Shown piece after piece: positions 54,438 to 64,000 of a stretch of 64,000 nt of DNA. Position numbers and translations under genes: made by a program. The number at the start of each line of letters is the position of its first letter. The first letter of the stretch is position 1. The stretch is from Microbotryum violaceum (taxonomy: Eukaryota), in the NCBI GenBank assembly GCA_001244265.2, contig CDLV01000008.1:124001-188000 (forward strand). Direction: 5' to 3'. Below the pieces are notes generated by a model. The model saw only the letters and a program-made list of their open reading frames with translations, ran no database searches and had not been told where the DNA came from.

Positions 54438-54507
54438 ACGCGTCGCGACGCGTCGACACGTGCGGCTTAAATTGAACTCGCACGCGCTCGTCTCGCTCGT
54501 GACGCGT
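54438..54507. promoter_or_regulatory. Cluster of three MCB (ACGCGT) elements upstream of CHL1
   Basis: ACGCGT at 54438, 54448 and 54502; the first two form the 16-bp palindrome ACGCGTCGCGACGCGT. Confidence 0.65.
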
Positions 54508-54570
54508 GACCTGGCCGCTCCTTTCGCACCAACTGCATTGCACCTCCCCGACCCTCATGATCACCCAAAG

Positions 54571-57500
54571 ATGACACCATCGCATGCAGCCACTCCCCCC
54601 GATGGAGCTGCTCCACCACGCACCACTACGATCGACTATGCCCCCTCGGACCCTTCGTTCTCCTTCCCGTACACGGCGTATTCGATCCAGCAAGACTTGA
54701 TGCAACACCTCTACCAAGCGCTCGCTCGGTCGCAAGTGACCGTTATCGAATCGCCTACTGGTACTGTGAGCGATGTCGGAGAGACGTGGGCTCGCTCAGT
54801 CAATTCATCGCGATGCCCTCCCCAGCTGATGTACTACTACTCCTCCTTCCGGCCGAACGCAGGGTAAATCTCTCTCCCTCATCTCAGCAAGCCTCACCTT
54901 CCTCCGTGACGCCAAACACCACGCCCGTACGAGCCTCATCGAAACCATCCAAGCTCAAGTACGTGCAGATTCGGGTTCCAAAAACGAACCTGATTGGGTT
55001 TTGGAGCACGAGATTCAGAGTCGACTCAAGGCTTGGGAGAGGGAGGAAAGCGAGTTGGAGGAACGCTTGGAGGAGATTAGGAAGAAGGAGGAGGAACTTA
55101 GGAGGTTGATGCCGTCGGGAGCTGCTCAGATGGGGAGGAGGAAGAGGAATGTATGTGTGAGAAGAAGGCCTTCAAAGTAAAAGTCTGACTGCTTGATGGC
55201 TGACGTTCGCCTGTTCCAGCGCATCGACGGAGACAGAGGACCAGACTCGAAGCCGAGCGAGGACGAATTTGCGCCTGAACCTTACTACGAGACCGAACAA
55301 GACACCCATAAAGTCGACGATAACGGACCCGATAACTTTTCCCCCGCCGTTCGAGCCATGTTGGCCAAGTCAGTTTCTCGTCCACGGTCGATCAGTAGAA
55401 AGAGTCCTCCCACGACTAACCTTTAACCCCTGCCGAACTCTACAGGATCAACGGACGAGGTTCGACGGGGCCCGAACAGGAAGAACCTGACGTCCAAAAA
55501 ATCTACTTTGCCTCTCGAACTCATTCGCAACTCTCGCAGTTCATCGCCGAACTTCGAAAGACGCCCTTCTCCCGCTCCACGCCCATCCCCGACGCCCCCG
55601 AAGGGAGTCCCACTTCCATTCCCCCGATCCGCGTCATCCCTCTCGGATCGAGACAGAACTTGTGCATCAATGACGAGGTGAGGAACAAGAGTAATGGGAG
55701 TAATGAGGTGCTGGGCGACTTGTGTTTGGAACTGCAAAAAGGTTCGACAGAGGAGAAACGATGCCCCTATTTGCCGCCGATGAGCGAACCGACCAAGTTG
55801 AACGAATTTAGGGATCGAGCATTGGTACGTTGCTTCATGGGATTGATGATGACTATCCCAATGCTTACTTTTACCGTGCTTTCAGACCCTGGTCGGGGAT
55901 ATTGAAGATATCGAAGACCTCGGGCGCAGAACCAAGACTTGTCCATACTACGGGTCACGCAAGGCCGTGAGATCGGCTCAACTCGTTACTGTGAGCACAT
56001 GATGGCGACCCGATTAGACGGGATTCGATTCTTTTTTTGATTCAAGCTTTTGCTTCACAGCTGCCGTACAACATGCTCATGTCCAAAGCGGCTCGAGAAG
56101 CGCTCGGCGTCTCGGTCAAAGAGTCAGTTTCCGAACAAATCGATGCATTTTTTTCCATCTCAAGTGGGAAGAGCTGACCTTTTACTCCACCCCACTTCCC
56201 CCTAGTCACGTTATCATCGTCGACGAAGCGCACAACCTCATCGACTCGATACTTCAACTCCACAGCGTATCCATCACCACTTCTCAAATCACCTCCATTC
56301 GCGCAGCCCTCTTGACCTACATCACCAAATTTAAAACCCGCCTCAACGGTGCCAATGCAGCTTACTTGCGTCAATTAGCCCTTCTTCTTAGGGGTTTGGC
56401 GGAATATGCGATGAGTTGGGCGAATGAGGGGGTTAAGGGTAAGAAGAAGGAAGAGATGGTCGGTGTCAACGCCTTGTTCCAAAGTCGTGGAGGGGCCGTC
56501 GGGGGAGGGAAGGGTGCGATCGATCAGGTGAATTTGTTCAAATTGGATCATTACCTCAAGACCTCCAAAATCGCTCGAAAGGTTCGTACTTTGCTCACGC
56601 TGTGTATAAAAGGCGGCTTGAGTTGAGGAAGCTTTTTCCCCCTTCTTGAACAGATTGGTGGGTATGTCGATTCGTTGGCGGAAGAAACGACCGCGGCGGG
56701 ACGACAGGCTGTACGGACGAACGCGACGCGCAATTTGCAACGCATACAAGAGTTCATACTTTCGCTCGCTAGCTCGGAAAAGGACGGAAGGATCTTGCTC
56801 AGTACTGAACCCAAACCTGTTCAAGCGGGACAGGTTAGACCGGAAAAGATGGAGGTGACGCTCAAGTACATGTTGTTGGCCCCCAGCGAGTCGTTCAAGG
56901 ACGTCGCGGAGGAAGCAAAATCCGTCGTTTTGGCAGGTGGGACGATGGAACCTGTGAGTTGAGAATGTTCACGATGACTGGTTACTGCCTCTAAAAGTAG
57001 AGAGCAAAATTTGAGCTTGTTGCGTTGCCTCAGATGAGCGATTTTCGCGATCAACTCTTCCCTTATCTCCCCAGCGAAAGATTTTCCACTTTTTCGTGCG
57101 GCCATGTCGTCCCGCCCGATCATATCGCTTGTTTCGCCGTTAGTAAAGGACCGACAGGTGAATCGCTCGAGTTCAAATTCGATCGAAGAAAGGATGAGAA
57201 ATTGGTAAAGTCTCCGTCCGTAGGCCTCACAACGCAGCGCACATACTGAAACCTTGTTTGACCCCCCAGCTGGACGAATTAGGTCAATCGATCGTGAATC
57301 TGACGAACGTGATCCCGCACGGGATCGTCGTCTTTGTCCCTTCGTACAATTTCCTCTTCCACATTCAAGCAAGGTGGGAAAAGACGAACCTTATCACTCG
57401 ATTGGGCTCCCGCAAAAAAGTCAGCTCCTTTCCAACCTCCCAATTCTCTCAACCCCCAACCCAACCTCTATCTCATCCTCTCAAAATCCTACACAGGTCT

Positions 57501-58207
57501 TCTGGGAACCCAAATCTTCTTCCGAAGTGGATCTCATCTTACGAGATTACTCAGCAGCGATCACTACCCCTCCTTCGAAAGGGGCGATCTTGTTCGCCGT
57601 CGTAGGGGCCAAATTATCCGAAGGGATCAATTTCGCCAACGAGATGGCCAGGGCGGTAATCATTTGTGGTACGTTGAAATTTTAGGGGCGGGAGTTTAGA
57701 TTCAGTGATCAGTCGGAGTTGGGGATGATGGGGTTTGAGTTTGGTGGGCCCTGATATGAATGGAAATACGTTCCCGCGCATAGGTATACCTTACCCGAAT
57801 GCGCAATCGACAGAATTGAAAGAACGGATGAACTTCCTCAAAGCGACGACTCCCAAGGATTCCAAAATCGATCCAGGACAAGTATTATGCAAGTGACCCA
57901 ACCTTTTTCGTCCGAGTTCACTTCAATTCAAAGAAGGAAGAACGCATTCGCTGAACCCCCCAGAATTTTCATTCCCTCAGATCAAAACCTCGCCTTTCGC
58001 GCCGTGAACCAATCTATAGGACGAGCGATTCGAAATTCCACCGACTGGGCCGCCATCATCCTCCTCGATGCGCGGTACCAACAAGTGAGTAAACAGATTC
58101 AACTTCCGCATTGGTTAGGTCAGGACGTCAGGAACGTGGACGGTTTTGGGCAACTCATGAAGGAGGTGGTAGGGTTCGTGAAGAGGCGCAAGGGGGTGGA
58201 GGGGTAG
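54571..58207 (+). CDS. CHL1: Fe-S DNA helicase Chl1/DDX11
   Basis: 'FPYTAYSIQQDLM', spliced 'ESPTGTGKS', 'KIYFASRTHSQLSQF', Fe-S Cys residues (LCIN, DLC, CPY, CPYY), 'IVDEAHNL', 'LAGGTMEP', 'GAKLSEGINF', 'RAVNQSIGRAIR'. Confidence 0.96.
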
Positions 58208-58478
58208 AGGAAGTGATTTGGACTGGGGATGGGGGTGTTGTTTCCTCTTGCATTTTCGTTTGTCGTATCAAAGCTCGGGGCGTTCTTTCCGCGTCTCACG
58301 TTTTCGCATACGTGCACTTTCAATCTTTTGGAATCTCGATCCGTAGCATATTGAGCGACACGTTGGTAGCTTAAGCAAATCTTCCCGACTCGAGAGGCTC
58401 ATCTCTCGAGCTCAACACTCGATCACGGCTAAATCTACGTTGGACGCGTTTCACGCCTCATTCTACAAAATCTATCAA

Positions 58479-60787
58479 CTAGAATCCTCCTTCCCTTTCT
58501 CGTCCTTCTTCTCCTCCCCCCCCCCCCTCCCCCGTCTCTTTCTCGTCCTTCTTCTTCCCCTCCCCCTCCTTCCCCTTCCCCCTCCGTTTCTTCCACTCCT
58601 TCGCCAAAGCCATCAACAACGGCACAGCGACCGGTCCAAAAAGTGGCGTATAAATCGCATACTTGTGATTATCCGGAAAGTACAACAACGCCAACATGGA
58701 AGGATCAAAGTAAGCTTTCGAAGCGAGGGAAAGCGCTTCAAAGGCATGGTGTAAAGAGAGAGGGGGAGAAGAAGCCAAGTGGGTTTCGGCCTGTTTTTGA
58801 AGTGGGGGAGCAAAAAGTGGGGGAGCAAAAAGTGAGGGAGCGGTGTTAGTAGGGTTCGCTTTTCTTTTCTTTTTGTTTTCCCGTTGGATAGAGAAAAGTA
58901 GGGCCCTCCCCTCCAAAGATGACTCACCAATTTCAACTCTTCCAAAGCCCTCCTCACCCCCTTCTGCACCCCTTTCCCAACCCTCATATTCTCCACCTCC
59001 TCGACCAACCTCTTCAAACTACTCAAATTCTCGACCCCTTCTTTAAGAACACCGTTCAATCTCTGCCTAACCAAAGCATCGATTTGCCAAGACGTGACGA
59101 AATCAGGTCCGGGGAGCGTAGGGGTTACTCCTAGCAATTTTCGGAGCTGGGCTTCAAACAGGCGGAAAGCGGTGCTGAGGTTCGGGGGTTTGGGGGTATT
59201 TTCAGAGCGGGTGGAAGGGTCGATGTTGGGGGGGTTGTAGATGACGACTCCACCGCGTTGAGGGGTGATGAAACCTGTTGGGGAAAAACGACCGTCTAGT
59301 GTTTGCGTGGAGAGGGGGGTCAAGGTTTAGCGTGGGGGGGGGGGGGGGGGGGGGTGTCAAGACGCGTACCTAGTGTCTTGATCTTGAGAGGTCGATGTTC
59401 TTTCTTGGGAACGAACAAGATAAAGTGCAAGATTGGATCCAACGTCAAACTCGTCGCTGTTCTCAAAAACCCCACGATCCGACATCAGTACCTTTCCCCC
59501 CTTTGACCTACAGCTCAGGTGTGTGCGAACTGACGTAATTTCCAATCCGCATTGTTCACGAACGCCCTCAAATCATCCTCGACGATCCAGGAACCCTCCC
59601 CGTCTATGGTCTGGACAGGGATCGTCAACGGAGCAAAGTATTGAATCCTCGTGTCGATCGTAAATTTGTGCAGAGGTTCAAGAGCCGAGAGGAGGGGTTC
59701 GACGTGGCCTGTGTTCGCACACCACACCACACATGGGGCCGAAAAGAAACCTTTAGGACCGTTCTCCTGTTTTCTCGCCTCAGTACGATGATCTACTTAC
59801 GCTTCAACAAGCTATGAATCTGCCATTCGAGTAGCGCGTCGCCGGAAGACGAGTCCTCGTTCAAAAGCGAAAAGACGAGCTTGTACGTCGGGGAGAACTT
59901 GGCCATGCTCGGTGAGGGGGCGATTAGGCTGCCATCGGTCGGTTTCCCGCCGAGGAGGGTTGAAGCATTTCCAAAGAGACGGTCGGGGAGACCTATGGGA
60001 AGGAAGGGGGGGATAAGCAGGGAAGTTTGGCGGAGGGAGGGTGTGGGTGTGGTTGAAACACTTGCCGGGTTTGGTAGAGACGGGTACGGTATTCGGTGGG
60101 AAGCGTCGCTTGAGCAACTCGACGTCATCGGTGAGTAGGATCCGATACGTCGCGTTCTCGCCGTCTGCCAAGACGCGAATTCATGATCGATTAGTACCCA
60201 GTTCTCTTCCGATTGGGAACATGATCGGACTCACTCTGAGCCCACTGCAGATCCAAGCACTGCGCGAGCTCAGACTTGGCCAATCGATTCATGGTCGCAT
60301 GAATCGCTTGCTCGACTTGGGGGTCCTTGTTCGCCGCCGGGGACTCGAAAGCGAACGACACCTTGGGTGTGAGGTAGCATGGCTGTGAGATTGACCACCA
60401 CCTCCCCAAAAAAGGCGTCAGATTCGATTGCAAGGGGGAGCGGCTGCGTCGGTTGAGACTGACGCCTTTCTTAACCCATTGCTCGATCTGGGCCAACGGT
60501 AAAGGCCTTCGTTCGATCGTCGTCGTTCTCCACCAGAACGGGAGCGCGAGTACGATCACGGCCCAGAAGGAAGCGATGATCACTAGTCGGGAAGGGAGCG
60601 GACTGATGGATCTCGTCGTCGGTCGGGGTCGGGGTGTGGGCGTGGGTGGGTGGGAAGGTCGAGTTGAAGGGTGAAGAGGCGGTGCGATCGGCGCGGGGAC
60701 GGGGATGGGAGCGGGAGCGGGTGGAGGAGTTGGTTCGCCGTGGAGCTTTTCCCGTGATGTGTTTGATCGGGTCATTAGTCGTGGCAT
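58479..60787 (-). CDS. GPI17: GPI transamidase component PIG-S/Gpi17
   Basis: N-terminal TM 'IIASFWAVIVLALPFWWRTTTIERRPLP'; 'YKLVFSLLNEDSSSG'; 'FVNNADW'; 'AYFDPSMLALLYFPDNHKYAIYTPLFGPVAVPLL'. Confidence 0.93.
59334..59354. repeat. Poly-G tract of about 21 nt in a GPI17 intron (similar poly-C tracts at ~41613, ~33685 and ~58516)
   Basis: Directly visible homopolymer. Confidence 0.9.
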
Positions 60788-61043
60788 ATCGACATGTGCA
60801 CACAGTGGGGTGTGGGGGATGAAAAGAGCGCAAAAAGTGGCAACGAAGGCGTCGGGTCGCGCGTGCCCGCCGCGGCCGCCAAGTCAAGTGGGGGAGGTCC
60901 GTGCGCGTCGACTCGGGCCAACGTCAGAGAGAACCCCGAACCCCGAGCGTCCTTTTGCCCGATGCGCACCCTTCCTCTAATCCCTCCTCCTCGGCGCGTG
61001 ACAGGCTCCTCCTCCTCCTCCTCCTCTGTCCACCTCTCCCACG

Positions 61044-61831
61044 ATGCAAGCGGTCAATCGTCTCATCTTTGGCCCCTCCCCGGAAGAAAAGGTCCGCAAG
61101 TGGCAACAACAACTGAAACAACAATCGCGCTCGTTGGACCGCGAGATCCGACAACTCGATACCGCCTCCAACAAGGTCAAACAGCAAGTACGCAAGTTGG
61201 CCACCCAAGGCGATCTCAAGAATGCAAAGCTGTTGGCGAGGGAGGTCGTCAGGAGTAACAAGCAAAAGGATCGGTTGCATACCAGTCAAGCGAGGTTGAA
61301 CTCGATCAAGATGCAATTGACCCATCAGCTCGGTCTGTCACCACCTCCACAGCCTGGGCGACCATTACTTGGATCACTGACCCGCTTCATTCATCCCACA
61401 GCGACGGTCAAGATCACCGGCACCCTACAAAAGTCAACCGAGATCATGAAGCTGTCGAACCAACTCATCTCGCAACCTCAACTCTCGGCGACCATGCGCG
61501 CCATGTCGCAAGAGATGATGAAGGCCGGCATCATGCAAGAGATGATGGACGACACCCTCGACGCCATCGACGACGACGAGGAAGAGATGGAGGAGGAGGC
61601 CCAGGAAGAGGTCGACAAGATGTTGTGGCAGATCACCGATGGAAAATTGGGCCAGGCGAATGGCAAACTCGGCACATTACCTGTCCGTTCCCCACCTCCT
61701 CCCATCGTGCAGCGTACCCCCAAAAAAGATACTGAACCCATGATTTCCCACAGCAAAGCACGGGTCCAACACCGGAAGAGATACAAAAGGACGAAGAGAT
61801 GGAACGAGCGATCGCCGGACTACTCGCCTAG
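61044..61831 (+). CDS. VPS24: ESCRT-III subunit Vps24/CHMP3
   Basis: 'FGPSPEEKVRKWQQQLKQQSRSLDREIRQL...LAREVVRSNKQKDRLHTSQARLNSIKMQL...EMMKAGIMQEMMDD'; last exon ends MERAIAGLLA*. Confidence 0.95.
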
Positions 61832-61948
61832 CCGGTCCATCGTCTGCGCCTTCCTTGTACACGGTCTCCCAACTATCCTCCCGCACGTTCACTCTTCACA
61901 CCTTGTGCCATGTACATTTATATGCAATCACTATCAGTTCCCTCGGTT

Positions 61949-63327
61949 TCAGTCCAATCTTGTCCTCCCTACAGCCGTCGTGACCGTATCGACTTTATCC
62001 TCCCCGTCCTCACTCCCTCCCCCATCGTCCTCTTCCCCGCTCCCCTCCTCCTCATCAGAATGATGCGGTCTCCAAGCCCCCCTCATATGATTCGGGTTCA
62101 GAACCAACAAATCCCCCTCTTCCTCCACGCGTTCCTTCTCCCTCCTCCTCTCCTCCTCCTCCTTCTTCATCTCCTCAATGATAACCTCCTGCATCTCCAG
62201 AACCGATTCCGGCGTCGAGCATGTTTGGTAGCGACTTATGATCGGTCCGTTGATCTCCCAAAAAGAATGACCCCAACTGAATTTGGAGAGAAGTTCTTCG
62301 GCTTGGGTGGGGAACGAGCAGATGTACAGCGCCGCGGCGACGGCTTCGAGGCAGGTCAATTTATAGGCTGCGCGGGCCAAGTAGGTCATAATGTGAGTCT
62401 ACCCTGAGGAAATTTTTCTCTGTTCCTCGTGTGAAAAGCGAACGTACGTTTGCCATAATTGACCGGATTCGCCGCGATCATGTACGGTACTGCTCACACC
62501 CGAATCGAGCGAACGAAGATTCAGTTCTTCATCCTACTCCTCCCCCTCGCATCTCCCTGTGACACTCACATAATCTCTCATGAGGCGACTTGATCTTATG
62601 GAACGGAATCTCTTCCAACCTAGCCCATGAACATTCCACCACGGCGACACCGGAAGAAGCGACGATATCTCGATCCGAGGGGGATACGACTTGAGTTCCT
62701 TTTGGACTGATGGAAGATGATGTTGGAACAACGTTCACCAAGGAAAATAACCTCGGGATCAACGAAACATCCCGAATTAGCGTTCATCCTCATCTCACTC
62801 ACCTCATGACGACCCCTTGAAATTTTTGCCCGACCCTCAATTCCTTCATCAGCCCTAATCGAGCGAGTTTCTTACCCGAACATTTGCGAGGGTCGCAGTG
62901 GTCGAAATCCTGAACAACGTAATCAAAAAAGACCAGCTTCTGTCAACGTCAATTTTGCGCTTTAAGATGGAGCTGATCCATCACAACTAACCCACATCGC
63001 CACCGGTAACCTCTTTCCCTCCCTCGGCAACCCATCGACGTCATCTGCTCGCCGCACCCTCAAATTCCCTCCGCAGCATCAGCGAACCCGACGAAACCTC
63101 CATTCCCCCCTATACCGAAAGAAAAGAAACTCACTCCCTTCATCCTCCTCACTATTTCCTTCTTGATCAACAGCCGAAGCGGGTACTTCGATCCCACTGA
63201 CCCCACCGTACACATTCCGATCAGTTCGTGAACGTGTAGAACTGCTACCGCCTCCACGGGTAGAATGTCGGTGCGTGGTACTTCCCTTGGAGGTGGAACC
63301 TCTGTAACGGGATTTAGGTGGAGCCAT
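61949..63327 (-). CDS. TSR3: 18S rRNA aminocarboxypropyltransferase Tsr3
   Basis: '[20 protein letters not shown]', 'VVECSWARL', 'AANPVNYG', '[14 protein letters not shown]...[11 protein letters not shown]'; acidic tail. Confidence 0.96.
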
Positions 63328-63707
63328 GAAGCGAGGCTTGAAAGAGGGTGCGGCCGGGTGGAGTGGGAGGATGGTGAAGGTAAGGAGGGAAAGCTGGTCC
63401 GAGTTGCGAAGAAGGGCTTCTGAGCGGGCCTACTACTAGTGGCAGGAAGGGGAATCACCGGCGAACCGGATCGGACTTCAGCTTATGCTGGAAAAAATTA
63501 TTTCACTGCACCTCGGTAAAGTTTCTGCTATGGACCCTAAGATATCTCCCCTCCCCCTCCCGAGTTCACACCTCTGCGTCGACGGGTGAGAGAGATGAGC
63601 ACGTGACCCACCCTGCCTCCGATCCTAACCGTGCAGCCAGACAATGCAAGAGTTACAACCAATATTACAACTACTAACAGCACATGCCCCGATCCGCCTG
63701 CTCCTCC

Positions 63708-64000
63708 TCATTTGATCCCCTTCCCCTTCCCCTTTTCCTTCTTGACCTTACCCTTCCCCTCCAACCTTTCCTTCTCCTCCATTTCCTCCCTCTTTTTCCT
63801 CTCAAACTCCTCCCTCGAAATACCCCTCGCCTCCTTCTCCGCCCATAATCGATCATTCACACTCTCAAAATCGTAAGAAGGTTCAACCGAACGTTCAAAG
63901 TCCCCCGAAGCCAACGATGCGGCGTAGGCGGATAAGATCGATTCAGTCATTTGTTCGAGGTTGTCCAAGGCTGTGTGTAGCGCCGTGAGTGACGACTTTT
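63708..64000 (-). CDS. 3' end of an unidentified gene with a Lys/Glu-rich C-terminus; truncated by the window edge
   Basis: Frame is open from the window edge to the stop at 63708; charged tail 'EKEARGISREEFERKKREEMEEKERL...KGKGIK'. Confidence 0.6.
   Translation of the reverse strand, partial: KSSLTALHTALDNLEQMTESILSAYAASLASGDFERSVEPSYDFESVNDRLWAEKEARGISREEFERKKREEMEEKERLEGKGKVKKEKGKGKGIK

Noticed and set aside
58801-58840. 15-bp tandem repeat AGTGGGGGAGCAAAA x2.5
   Set aside because: Lies in a GPI17 intron near the acceptor. Ordinary slippage duplication.

Overview
Intron-rich eukaryotic DNA from a basidiomycete fungus. GTGAGT/GTCAGT donors, CTGAC branch sites and the gene content suggest a Microbotryomycetes/Pucciniomycotina yeast or smut (inference). 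About 24 protein-coding genes are recognisable: a large BEACH-WD40-FYVE protein, two Zn2Cys6 transcription factors, a UBR7/Mlo2-like protein, a secreted multicopper oxidase, a methyltransferase-fold protein, a heme-thiolate peroxidase, RPT2, divergent H2A/H2B, a TDA10-like kinase, the MTG2/Obg GTPase, SYM1, GGTase-I beta, a Fus3/Kss1-type MAPK, dynactin p27, CHL1, GPI17/PIG-S, VPS24 and TSR3. The region 18.9-34.9 kb is more accessory. It holds an internally deleted ~2.1-kb DNA transposon (18945-21056) with long imperfect TIRs, an 8-bp TSD-like flank, a RecQ-like helicase fragment and a convergent ORF fragment (AcademH-like), with a MITE-like unit nested at its right end. It also holds a Copia relic whose LTR end, PBS and gag start are folded into a ~250-bp inverted repeat. 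From 37.5 kb on, genes form six consecutive divergent pairs. Exon boundaries were read by eye, so CDS coordinates are gene spans including introns. No CRISPR, rRNA or convincing tRNA was seen.
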